DNA from: an uncultured bacterium
GTDB taxonomy: Bacteria > Krumholzibacteriota > Krumholzibacteriia > Krumholzibacteriales > Krumholzibacteriaceae
DNA length: 64,000 nt
Direction of reading: 5' to 3'
Assembly (NCBI GenBank): GCA_965371515.1
Contig: CBDUYR010000002.1
Span: 50,203-114,202, forward strand
In this document: positions 8,978 through 18,099 of the stretch, piece by piece
Layout: every line of letters begins with the position of its first letter
Position numbering within the stretch: the stretch's first letter is position 1
Translations under genes and position numbers: made by a program
The notes under the pieces: generated by a model
Seen by the model: only the letters and a program-made list of their open reading frames with translations
What the model was told of the DNA's origin: nothing
Databases searched by the model: none

Positions 8978-10300
8978 ATGAAGGGGCGCAGCCTCATCAT
9001 CCTGATCGCCGTTCTCGTCATTGTGGCCGGGTATTTCTTCCTCGTCGAGGAGAAGCAGCACCGGGACACTGCAGATGCGAAGAGGACCTCTCGAATGCTC
9101 CTGCCGTACGGCCCTCTCGACATCGATGCCGTCTCCTTTATCAATCCATACGGCGAGACGATAATGTGGGAAAGGGACGGCGAGGGATGGATGATAACAT
9201 TTCCCGTTACCGATATCGGCGAGAAGAGTACTATCGACATGTTCCTCGGCCAGATCGCTCCCGGGCGGAAGCTCGAGGAGTTTGCCGACGTGACCGACCT
9301 CTCCTCTTACGGGCTCGCTCCGCCTTACGCCACCGTCATCATCGAGAGCGAAAAGTACGGAAGGACCGATACCGTTCATGTTGGCGGGAAGACTCCCACA
9401 AGCTTCAGGTCATACGTGACTCTCGGATCGTCAGGGAATGTAGTGGTGACCCGCGAGCTCGCCCGCAACGTGATGCAGAAGAAGCTGTTTCACCTGAGGG
9501 ACAAGAACTTCATCGCCCCGGCCGACAGGAACATCACATCGTTTTCAATCGTCTCGGGCGGAAACCTTCTCGCCTTTCAGCGGTCGGGAAACTCCTGGAA
9601 GGTAGCCGGCTCGACGCTGACAGTCGACCGCAACGTCCTTGAACCCTGGGTTACCGGGCTGGCCTCCGCCCTTGTATACGAATTCGCCTCCGAGAACCTG
9701 GCCGACACCCTTCTGTTCGGGATAGGCGATCCTCACAGGTCAACCGTCCTCAATACCGCAAGCGGTGAATCGATCAGGATATCGTTCGGCAGGCGCAGGG
9801 ATTCCCTTGTTCCGGTCGTCAGGTCGGGGCGCAAAAATGTGATGATGATAAAGGCCGGATTCCTGGACGCGTTCCACTGGACGGACGACCGCCTCATCGT
9901 CATGAACCTCTCCCTCGTAAAACCGGGAGAGGTCGGCGCCCTCCAGTGGGAGACCCCCGATACCATCGCCTCGTGGAGTATGGAGGACGGCGTATGGATG
10001 ACGCGTGGGGACGACCCCACCCCCGTCGACCAGGAAGCCTTGAAGTATCTGCTGATGTATCTTCGATCGGCGACCTTCGAAAGTCTCGTGACAGACCGAG
10101 AACTCGTATCCGCGGCGAAACCGGACATCATGATCACCCTTGGAGACAGGTCAGGCGAGGTGTTCGACATCATATCGCTATACCGTTTCGAGGACGGGAC
10201 TGCCGGGGGCATTTCGCTTTCTGGCGGAAACGCCGGCCATATCAGCGAGGGAACGCTTGCGGAGATCCACCGGGCATATTCGGCGATTATCATCCGTTAG
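8978..10300 (+). CDS. DUF4340 domain protein (usual partner of GldG-like proteins)
   Basis: 441 aa from ATG 8978, with an N-terminal TM anchor (LIILIAVLVIVAGYFF). Gene order matches the conserved GldG-DUF4340 pairing. Confidence 0.6.
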   Translation: MKGRSLIILIAVLVIVAGYFFLVEEKQHRDTADAKRTSRMLLPYGPLDIDAVSFINPYGETIMWERDGEGWMITFPVTDIGEKSTIDMFLGQIAPGRKLEEFADVTDLSSYGLAPPYATVIIESEKYGRTDTVHVGGKTPTSFRSYVTLGSSGNVVVTRELARNVMQKKLFHLRDKNFIAPADRNITSFSIVSGGNLLAFQRSGNSWKVAGSTLTVDRNVLEPWVTGLASALVYEFASENLADTLLFGIGDPHRSTVLNTASGESIRISFGRRRDSLVPVVRSGRKNVMMIKAGFLDAFHWTDDRLIVMNLSLVKPGEVGALQWETPDTIASWSMEDGVWMTRGDDPTPVDQEALKYLLMYLRSATFESLVTDRELVSAAKPDIMITLGDRSGEVFDIISLYRFEDGTAGGISLSGGNAGHISEGTLAEIHRAYSAIIIR

Positions 10301-10351
10301 ACCGGGACAACTGCAGTATCACCTTTTGAGATATTCTGCTATATTTAATGC

Positions 10352-11482
10352 GTGATGAACGATTCTCAGGCAACGATATCGAGAAGGGATTTTCTTTCCT
10401 GCACGGCGGGAATGATAGCGGCTGGCGCCGCTCTTGGAGGTGCGGCATTCGCCGATGACGGCGGGCCGCATCCGGCTCGGTACTGGGAAAAGCTCGAGGA
10501 CGGCCGCGTCCGCTGCACTCTCTGCCCCCATCGATGTACGATCTCCGACGGCAGGCGGGGCGCATGTAGAGTCAGAGAGAATCGCGGCGGGGTCCTCTAT
10601 TCCCTCTCGTGGGGAAGGCCGTGCGCCCTTCACATCGATCCGATCGAGAAGAAGCCGTTCTACCATTTCCTGCCCGGCTCCATCTCCCTCTCGATGTCGA
10701 CGGTGGGATGCAACATGACATGCCGTTTCTGCCAGAACTGGCAGATCTCGCAATCATCTCCCGAGGACATCGATACCGAGAGTGTGAGTCCGGGATTCTT
10801 CGCGAAAAAAGCCACAAAATCGGGCGCTTCTTCCATAGCATTCACCTACGGGGAGCCGGTCGTCTTCATCGAGTACGCGATGGATATTGCGGCGGCCGCC
10901 AGGGAATCAGGCGTAAAGAGCGTGGTCGTCACCAACGGATATATCGAGCAGGAGCCACTAGCCGATCTCTGTTCATCGGTCGACGCGATCAAGGTCGATC
11001 TCAAGGCCTTCGAGGACGGATACTACAGGAAGATATGCGGTGCCGGGCTCGACCCCGTTCTGCGCTCCCTCGTGGAGATCAGATCCCGTGGCGTATGGCT
11101 CGAGATCGTCTACCTTATGATTCCGACGCTCAACGACAACGCGGAGACGATCGGCAGGATGGCCGCCTGGATAGAGGCCGAACTCGGGCCTGACGTTCCG
11201 GTCCATTTCTCGAGGTTCCATCCCGCCTACCGCCTTCCGGACCTCCCTCCGACACCCGTCTCTTCGCTCGACGCGGCAAGGGCAAGATGTCTCGACGCCG
11301 GATTGAACTACGTCTATATCGGCAACGTAGCCGGTCACGAGGGCGGCTCGACATTCTGCCGTTCATGCTCGAATAAGATTATTGACAGGTCCGGGTACAC
11401 AATACTTTCCATCGAGATGGACGGAGACAAATGCCGGTTCTGCGGGACCGCCCAGCCCGGAGTGTGGAGGAAAGATTCATGA
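10352..11482 (+). CDS. AmmeMemoRadiSam system radical SAM enzyme (PFL-AE-like) with an N-terminal twin-arginine (Tat) signal peptide
   Basis: Radical SAM CX3CX2C motif CNMTCRFCQNW. Overall similarity to the PFL-activase-like AmmeMemoSam radical SAM family. N-terminus SRRDFLSCTAGMIAAGAALGGAAFA-DD is a canonical Tat signal with an AxA cleavage site. Confidence 0.8.
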   Translation: MMNDSQATISRRDFLSCTAGMIAAGAALGGAAFADDGGPHPARYWEKLEDGRVRCTLCPHRCTISDGRRGACRVRENRGGVLYSLSWGRPCALHIDPIEKKPFYHFLPGSISLSMSTVGCNMTCRFCQNWQISQSSPEDIDTESVSPGFFAKKATKSGASSIAFTYGEPVVFIEYAMDIAAAARESGVKSVVVTNGYIEQEPLADLCSSVDAIKVDLKAFEDGYYRKICGAGLDPVLRSLVEIRSRGVWLEIVYLMIPTLNDNAETIGRMAAWIEAELGPDVPVHFSRFHPAYRLPDLPPTPVSSLDAARARCLDAGLNYVYIGNVAGHEGGSTFCRSCSNKIIDRSGYTILSIEMDGDKCRFCGTAQPGVWRKDS

Positions 11483-12990
11483 GGATACGCGTGGCTACCG
11501 GAGGGCTGATATTTATACTGATCCTTGCTGCGGCCGGTACTGATATTGCCGGCCTGAAAGGAAGCGATATGGTTAAATCGATCAGAAAACCGGCCGTTGC
11601 CGGACAGTTCTATTCTTCAGAACCGGAAGCGCTCCGCAGGGAGATAGAGAAATACATCGGCGAGGCCGATCCACCGGCCCTGGAGGACGACATATTCGCC
11701 CTCATATCTCCTCACGCCGGATACGTGTATTCGGGGCATGTAGCTGCATGGGGCTATTCGCTCCTCGATGAGGGGAGTTTCGAGACCGTCGTAATCATCT
11801 CTCCCTGCCATGTCGATTACTTCCGTTTCGCCTCGATCTACGACGGCGACGCCTACGAGACTCCGCTCGGCCTTGTGGAGATCGATAAAGAGCTCTCTGA
11901 GGAGATCGCTTCGCGCAGCGACCTCGTGAGGATCGGCCCGGACGGACATGGTACGGGGTCCCGCGGAAGGGGCGAGCACTCGCTCGAGGTGCAGATCCCC
12001 TTCCTGCAGGTCGCCCTGGGGGATTTCAGGATCGTGCCGATAGTGATGGGTGACCAGTCCGCCGATGTAGTGCAAGGCCTGGGAGAAGCGCTCTCAGGGG
12101 CACTCGAGGGCCGCAACGTACTGATCGTCGCCAGTACCGATCTATCCCATTTCCATGACGACGCCTCGGCAAGGAAGCTCGACGGCGAGTTCATAGAGAA
12201 ACTCGAGGCTTTCGACGCCGGAGGCCTCATGCACTCGATCGATGCGGGAAAGACCGAGGCGTGCGGCGGCGGACCATCGGCGGCGGCGATGATAGCCTCT
12301 GCCAGTCTCGGCGGCAGAGACTGCAAGGTACTGCAATACGCCAATTCCGGTGACGTCTCTGGTGACAGGGGAAGTGTCGTCGGTTACGTCTCCGCCGTCA
12401 TCACGGGAATCCGCGGTAAAAGCGACGGTGACGACGTCGACAGGGAGACGAGGATATTCCTCCTGCGTTACGCCAGGTCGGTCATCCGCAAGAATCTCGG
12501 CATGGAGACAGAGGAGATCGAGAGACCTGACTCGCCCCTCCTCATGGAGAAGCGCGGAGGATTCGTCACTCTCAAGAAGAACGGCAGGCTCAGGGGCTGC
12601 ATCGGATATATCGAGGCTGTCAAACCTCTTCTCGATACGGTCGGCGAGATGGCTTACTCGGCGGCATTCAGCGACCACAGGTTCGACCAGGTCAGGAAGG
12701 AAGAGGTCGACGACCTGGCGATCGAGATATCGGTACTCAGCCCGGTGCGCGAGACAACGGACCCTTCGGAAATCGAAGTCGGGAGGCATGGGATCATAAT
12801 ATCGGCAGGAGGGCGGCGGGGGCTCCTCCTTCCCCAGGTGGCGGTCGAATACGGCTGGGACAGGGACACGTTTCTCGACCAGACGTGCGTCAAGGCCGGT
12901 CTCTCTCCCGGCGCCTGGAAGGATGCCGGTACCACTATAGAGATTTTCAGCGCCGAGATATTCTCCGAAAAGGAGATGGGATTACGTTGA
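11479..12990 (+). CDS. Fused AmmeMemoRadiSam system protein B (Memo-like) and protein A (AMMECR1 domain), with an N-terminal signal peptide or anchor
   Basis: The start ATG at 11479 overlaps the radical SAM stop (ATGA). N-terminal hydrophobic segment MRIRVATGGLIFILILAAAG. Then the Memo N-terminus (IRKPAVAGQFYSSEPEAL ... ISPHAGYVYSG). The C-terminal ~190 aa carry the AMMECR1 motif (GGFVTLKKNGRLRGCIGYIE). Confidence 0.8.
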   Translation: MRIRVATGGLIFILILAAAGTDIAGLKGSDMVKSIRKPAVAGQFYSSEPEALRREIEKYIGEADPPALEDDIFALISPHAGYVYSGHVAAWGYSLLDEGSFETVVIISPCHVDYFRFASIYDGDAYETPLGLVEIDKELSEEIASRSDLVRIGPDGHGTGSRGRGEHSLEVQIPFLQVALGDFRIVPIVMGDQSADVVQGLGEALSGALEGRNVLIVASTDLSHFHDDASARKLDGEFIEKLEAFDAGGLMHSIDAGKTEACGGGPSAAAMIASASLGGRDCKVLQYANSGDVSGDRGSVVGYVSAVITGIRGKSDGDDVDRETRIFLLRYARSVIRKNLGMETEEIERPDSPLLMEKRGGFVTLKKNGRLRGCIGYIEAVKPLLDTVGEMAYSAAFSDHRFDQVRKEEVDDLAIEISVLSPVRETTDPSEIEVGRHGIIISAGGRRGLLLPQVAVEYGWDRDTFLDQTCVKAGLSPGAWKDAGTTIEIFSAEIFSEKEMGLR

Positions 12991-12999
12991 GGTTGACGG

Positions 13000-15198
13000 T
13001 CAGGCGCGGCCCGTAGCGATCTTTCGTGTAAGTATCAGGGCCGCCGCGCAGTGTATCGAAGCGGCCGTCGCGGCCGTCCACGCAAGCCCAGAAAGAGGCA
13101 GCAGCAGGGTTCCGGCAATCAGCCCTCCGGCGCACGCACCGAACATGTCCCACGAATAGAACAGTGCGGGAGGCGCGGCCGCTTCCGCTGGCCATGCCGT
13201 CTCGACGACTGTCCTGTAATAGAATCCCGTCAGCAGTCCGCCCGCTGTCGACAGGGCCGTGAATCCTGCAGTCCCCATCAGATGCCCGCTCCCCGCACCG
13301 GCCTGAAGCCGGAGCCAGACAGGGACAAGGAGTGCCGTCACTGCCATCAGGATATGGCAGACAGCCAGCCTGGAAACTCCCTTCCCCTTCCGTCGTCCGC
13401 CGGCATATGCCCCGAGAGCGGCTCCCGCCATGAACAGGGAGGTCAGCAGCACGAGCGTGTGGTAGAGTATCCCCGAGAACGACTGGTAGGCAAGCATCAC
13501 TGACAGCTGAACCGTCATGCTGCACAGCCCCGTCAGGAACACCGCTGTTTTAGCCGCGGCACCACCCCTCACCAGTATCCCTGTAAGTATGGCGGCGGCA
13601 AGGATCACCGACGGCAGCACCCAGGATGGAAGATCCAGAATGGTTTCGAGAAACCTCACTGTCGCCGTTCCCGACTTCCAGCCGCGCAGTACCAGTTCAA
13701 AAGGCACCAGGACAGGATGTATGTCTGTGTTCAACCGTCGCGGCGCATCGGCCAGCGCGGAAGAGAGGTACTCTCTTCTCTCCTCCGAGATCCTGTAGGG
13801 CAGTTCGTCGAGTGCGAGAAGGCGCCCTCCGAGACCTCTCTCCACGAGTCTTCCCGGGATATCTCCCGAGTCGACCGGGCTGTCTGACGCGATGAAGAAA
13901 ACAGTCCCGCCCGGCACAATGTCGACATATTCGAATGCCGAACTGAGAGTCTCCTCGATTATTTTCAGCACAGCGGCATTCCTGGCGGAGAGGAAGTTCT
14001 CGGAGGATCCGTGCCGCACTGTCAGGATCCCCCCGGCAGAGAGGCTGTTCCGCGCAGACTCGAAGAATTCCGCGGTGAAATATCTGTTCCACCTGAGATT
14101 GATGGGCTCGGGGACGTTGACAATGATTACATCGTACGGTCCCGAGCCGCGGATCAGGAAACGGCCGTCACCCTTCAGGCCCCTTGCGCCAGGTGGTTTT
14201 CTCTCATCTCCGACAGCCCTGCCTACAGCCCCGGACAGCTGCCCGTCGAGTTCGACCCAGTCGACCCTCTCGATGCCGGGATGGCTCAGCGCCTCTTTTA
14301 GCCCTCTCCCCGGCCCTCCGCCGATCATCAGGATATCAACAGGCGCGTCATGAGCCAGCAGCGGTATATGGACCCCTTCACCAGCTCTCTCCATATCCGG
14401 ATAACTGAGAAGCCTCGCTCCTCCGGAGAAGACCGATACGGTCTCCCTGTCCCTCGTCACGCACAGCTCCGCATACCTCGATGGAACGACCTCGACTACC
14501 TCGTACCCCTTGAAAACGATCGACAGACTCGCACTGTCGAGATAAGGCGCCGCCAGGATCCCCGCCACCGCAAACGAGAGTGCTATCGCCCATACCGCGC
14601 GCCTTCCCTTCATGGAAGTAGAGAGGAAGACAGCCGTCACCAGCGCCGACACGCAGAACGACGCCTCGAGCTGTGTGAGAAATGCGAAGAAGAGGATGGA
14701 GAGGAGTACACCACCTACGATCGAGCCGGCCGCTTCCATTATGTAGGCCGAAGAGATACCGGCGGAGATCCCCTCTCGGGGATCCTTCATCACCGCGCTC
14801 GCGGAGTTGTAGACCGCGCCGTACAGAAGCCCGAAAGGAGCGGTAGCAACGAGGATGAATCCCGCGGCGGGGAGGATATCGGGAATGGAACCCGGCGGAT
14901 CGACGAGCACGCTCCTGCCCAGCCGTATCATCAGAACGATGAGGGGAACGGAAAAAGCGAGTGAGAGCGAGAGTCCGCCGAACGCTTTTTCGATGCTCGC
15001 GGAACCTGGCCGTAGGATCCGTCCACCGAGAAGGCCGCCGGCCCCGATCCAGAAGAGCCACGAGGAAAGCGCCAGTCCCAGTACCAGCTCAGTGCCCGTC
15101 ACGACCCCGAGCAGCTCTCTTATAAAAAGTGTCTGCGCGCAGACGGCGCATGCCCCTAGTACAATGACTCTTGCTCGTCTGTGATTCCTGTCTCTCAT
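13000..15198 (-). CDS. Polytopic membrane protein with a central spermidine synthase-like (PABS/aminopropyltransferase) domain flanked by two related TM blocks
   Basis: 732 aa. The central domain has MIGGGPGRGLKE ... VIIVNVPEP, a PABS-type SAM-dependent fold. The N-terminal and C-terminal TM regions resemble each other (LGACAVCAQTLF...GAGGLLGGR versus LTGLCSMTVQLS...GAALGAYAGGR). Confidence 0.65.
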   Translation of the reverse strand: MRDRNHRRARVIVLGACAVCAQTLFIRELLGVVTGTELVLGLALSSWLFWIGAGGLLGGRILRPGSASIEKAFGGLSLSLAFSVPLIVLMIRLGRSVLVDPPGSIPDILPAAGFILVATAPFGLLYGAVYNSASAVMKDPREGISAGISSAYIMEAAGSIVGGVLLSILFFAFLTQLEASFCVSALVTAVFLSTSMKGRRAVWAIALSFAVAGILAAPYLDSASLSIVFKGYEVVEVVPSRYAELCVTRDRETVSVFSGGARLLSYPDMERAGEGVHIPLLAHDAPVDILMIGGGPGRGLKEALSHPGIERVDWVELDGQLSGAVGRAVGDERKPPGARGLKGDGRFLIRGSGPYDVIIVNVPEPINLRWNRYFTAEFFESARNSLSAGGILTVRHGSSENFLSARNAAVLKIIEETLSSAFEYVDIVPGGTVFFIASDSPVDSGDIPGRLVERGLGGRLLALDELPYRISEERREYLSSALADAPRRLNTDIHPVLVPFELVLRGWKSGTATVRFLETILDLPSWVLPSVILAAAILTGILVRGGAAAKTAVFLTGLCSMTVQLSVMLAYQSFSGILYHTLVLLTSLFMAGAALGAYAGGRRKGKGVSRLAVCHILMAVTALLVPVWLRLQAGAGSGHLMGTAGFTALSTAGGLLTGFYYRTVVETAWPAEAAAPPALFYSWDMFGACAGGLIAGTLLLPLSGLAWTAATAASIHCAAALILTRKIATGRA

Positions 15199-15662
15199 GT
15201 CAGGGAGCGCTGATCGTCGAAATAATCTTCCTCGAACACCTTCTTGAAATCGAAGACATCGTCAAATTCCTCTATTGAATCCTCTTCGCTGCTTTCCAGC
15301 AGATTTGCGGCTATCAGGCCAAAGACGATGTTTCCTATGTCCCTCGTCGTATAGATTCCCCAGTGGTTGAGCACTTCTTTCGCCATCGGTCCGAACTGCC
15401 TCGAGGAGATCACCGTCAGCCCCTCGAGCAGCTCCTCGCCGGAAATATGCCTGTCGACGTGAAGCATCTTTATCGTGGCTTCGACTCCGGACAGCACAAA
15501 GCGCCAGGCGTACTTTTCGTATCTGCCGTCGGCGCTCGCAGCATCATCGACCTCCCGCCACCTGTCGGAATCGTGTCTCAATCCCCCGCCCCTTCCCTGT
15601 GCCCGTATGTAGTTGCCGGCCCCCTGCCGGACCCCCTTCTCAGTATCGTCCCGTGTTCCCAT
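15195..15662 (-). CDS. Small acidic hypothetical protein; the true start is probably internal
   Basis: The ORF overlaps the nadB 3' end by 85 nt, so a later start (e.g. Met at ~15464) is more likely. The acidic C-terminus EEDSIEEFDDVFDFKKVFEEDYFDD stands out. Its stop overlaps the start of the downstream membrane gene (ATGA-type coupling). Confidence 0.35.
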   Translation of the reverse strand: MGTRDDTEKGVRQGAGNYIRAQGRGGGLRHDSDRWREVDDAASADGRYEKYAWRFVLSGVEATIKMLHVDRHISGEELLEGLTVISSRQFGPMAKEVLNHWGIYTTRDIGNIVFGLIAANLLESSEEDSIEEFDDVFDFKKVFEEDYFDDQRSLT

Positions 15663-17200
15663 GAAGGATCCCTGTCGGGCCAGTCCATATTGTAATGCAG
15701 GCCGCGCGATTCCTTTCTCCTGGAGGCCGATTCGACTACGAGCGAACTGACCAGCGCGATATTCCGCAACTCTACCATGTCGCTCGAGATGCCATACTCA
15801 TCGAAGAGCATCCTGACGGTCTGGCTGATCTGGCCTATCCTCTGCCTGGCGATGTGGAGGCGTTCGTCCGACCTGACGATGCCGACGTAATCCCACATTA
15901 CCCTTCTGGCCAGGTCCCAGTCATGATCGAGTATCACGGTCTCCAGCACTTTCGGATCGGCAGCGACAGGAACATCCTCTCCGGAGAGTTCATATCGGTC
16001 TTTCTCCATCTCCCCGGCCAGTTTTGCAGCACAGCGCGCGGCGCTCACGAGCGACTCGAGCAGCGAATTGCTCGCGAGCCTGTTGGCTCCGTGGCAGCCT
16101 GAACAGGCGACCTCACCTATGGCATAGAGCCCTTCGAGTGCAGTCGTCCCGTCGATGCGGGCCTTCACCCCTCCAACCATGTAATGCGCGGCCGGGACGA
16201 CCGGGATAGGCTCGGCGCCTATATCTATGCCAAATTCAAGGCATGTCTCGCAGACGAACGGAAAGCGCTGCCTGAGCCAGTCACCCGGTCTGTGAGAGAT
16301 GTCCAGCAGGACGTACTTATCTCCGCTGCGTTTCATCTCGCTGTCGATAGCCCTGGCTACGATATCACGCGGGGCAAGCTCAGCGCGCTGATCGTAGTCT
16401 TTCATGAACTCCCTGCCGTCGAGGCTCCGCAGCACTGCTCCTTCTCCCCTCAATGCCTCGGAGATCAGCCGGGACTTGGCGTCGGGGTGATAGAGACAGG
16501 TGGGATGGAACTGCACGAACTCGAGGTTTTCGATCTCCGCACCTGCGGCGTAGGCCATCGCTATGCCGTCGCCCGTGGCGACGTCGGGATTCGAGGTGTA
16601 GAGGTATATCTTTCCCGCTCCGCCTGTAGCAAGAACGGTGTTCGACGCAAGATATGTACGGATCTCCCCGTCGCCCGGTATCGCGTGACATCCGCGCACC
16701 CTGCCGCCCCTGTCTACGACGAGGTCGACGGCAAGCCTGTTCTCTTCGAGCTCTATCCGGGGATTCGACGCGCAGGCTTCAAGCAATGTATCCTCAAGTT
16801 CCCTGCCGATCAGATCGCTGAAGTGTACTATCCGCGGCCTCGTGTGGCCGCCTTCCCGTCCGAGCTGGAGGTCTCCGCTGCTGTCGTCTCTCGAGAACCT
16901 CACTCCGAGATCGATCAGCTCCTCGATCCTGTCCGGCCCCTCGCGGACCATCATCTCGACAGCTTCACTGTCGCAGAGACCGCCGCCGGCCTCGATCGTG
17001 TCCTTTATGTGCAGCTCGAACGAATCCCTGACCCTGTCCATGACCGAAGCTATCCCGCCCTGTGCATACTTCGTATTGGACTGATCCGCCCCCTTCTTCG
17101 TCAGCACCCTCACGTCCGCGTAAGCGGAGGCCTTCAGGGCGAAGAACAGCCCCGCGGCGCCGCTTCCGATCACCAGTATGTCGCTTCTCACAGGTTCCAA
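15578..17200 (-). CDS. nadB: L-aspartate oxidase
   Basis: FAD-binding N-terminus DILVIGSGAAGL, with succinate dehydrogenase/fumarate reductase flavoprotein-like motifs throughout. 540 aa. Confidence 0.9.
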   Translation of the reverse strand: MEPVRSDILVIGSGAAGLFFALKASAYADVRVLTKKGADQSNTKYAQGGIASVMDRVRDSFELHIKDTIEAGGGLCDSEAVEMMVREGPDRIEELIDLGVRFSRDDSSGDLQLGREGGHTRPRIVHFSDLIGRELEDTLLEACASNPRIELEENRLAVDLVVDRGGRVRGCHAIPGDGEIRTYLASNTVLATGGAGKIYLYTSNPDVATGDGIAMAYAAGAEIENLEFVQFHPTCLYHPDAKSRLISEALRGEGAVLRSLDGREFMKDYDQRAELAPRDIVARAIDSEMKRSGDKYVLLDISHRPGDWLRQRFPFVCETCLEFGIDIGAEPIPVVPAAHYMVGGVKARIDGTTALEGLYAIGEVACSGCHGANRLASNSLLESLVSAARCAAKLAGEMEKDRYELSGEDVPVAADPKVLETVILDHDWDLARRVMWDYVGIVRSDERLHIARQRIGQISQTVRMLFDEYGISSDMVELRNIALVSSLVVESASRRKESRGLHYNMDWPDRDPSWEHGTILRRGSGRGPATTYGHREGAGD

Positions 17201-17435
17201 GGCTTCCCGCTTTCCTGATACTCGATAATAGAGAATAGGTGTTTCTCACCGCAACGTAAAGAAGTGCATTATGCATTTATACGGTCACCGCCCATGTACC
17301 AGCCCACCACCTGTGCTATAACACAATGATAATCCTGCACATACATATACGTATGGCCGCAGGAATCTGGCACAAACATTGCGTAGTGAGCGTTGAAACA
17401 CCATGTAATCAGTTAACACATCAGGAGGTTACCCG

Positions 17436-18059
17436 ATGTCAGTGAGGAAGATGAGTATTGTCGCAGCCGTTATGCTTATAGTAGGCGCCGCCGTAATGTT
17501 CGGTTGTGACAACAAGCCGGATAATTACACTACCCGGGCCATAATTTACGTCAGTTATTTGAACGACGGAGAGCCCTACATGTGCGATGTCCTTGAACAG
17601 GGCGATTCTCTCTATTACGAGGATACCTTTACTCTGAAACTCGAGGACGATTTCATAACCGAGGACAAGGTAAAGGTGACGTTCCACAACAGGCCATACA
17701 ACGGTATTATCGAGCCCGCTCTGTCGCTGGGTGATTTCCTTGTCACGGGATATACCGTAGAGTTCGTCCCGACCGACGGGAGTCCCGTTCCTTTGAGCAG
17801 CTTCACGGGCAACATGAGCGTCCTCATCCCGGCCAACGAGATGATCGATGCGTATATCGTTCTCGTGCCCTTCGGCGCGAAAACGGTCGATCCCCTGCTT
17901 TCGATGCAGTACACGAACCAGGAGTTCTACACCAACGCGAGGATCACGTTCAGGGGCCACGAGGTCCAGACGACAAGGGAGATCAGCTTCGAGGCCGGAC
18001 TCCATGTCAACTTCGGCGATCCTCTCATAACGAAGATGAACAAGGATGATTTCAACTAG
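17436..18059 (+). CDS. Hypothetical lipoprotein
   Basis: Signal peptide with lipobox (VMFGC). No recognisable family. A lone plus-strand gene with its own terminator. Confidence 0.5.
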   Translation: MSVRKMSIVAAVMLIVGAAVMFGCDNKPDNYTTRAIIYVSYLNDGEPYMCDVLEQGDSLYYEDTFTLKLEDDFITEDKVKVTFHNRPYNGIIEPALSLGDFLVTGYTVEFVPTDGSPVPLSSFTGNMSVLIPANEMIDAYIVLVPFGAKTVDPLLSMQYTNQEFYTNARITFRGHEVQTTREISFEAGLHVNFGDPLITKMNKDDFN

Positions 18060-18099
18060 GCCGCTCGACTAACAGGGTAACCGGTGTTTTATAGAGAGG

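Noticed and set aside
15581-15662. N-terminal 28 codons of ORF 15195..15662, which overlap the nadB 3' end.
   Set aside because: An 85-nt same-strand overlap is unlikely. An internal start (Met ~15464, or a non-ATG start) gives a cleaner arrangement, so the reported feature start is flagged as uncertain.
17201-17435. Possible tRNA or small RNA gene in the longest AT-rich intergenic spacer. The spacers 28167..28428 and 51398..51536 were also checked.
   Set aside because: No cloverleaf features (no GTTCGANTC T-loop and no acceptor-stem pairing) and no CRISPR-like repeats. They are interpreted as promoter or terminator regions only.
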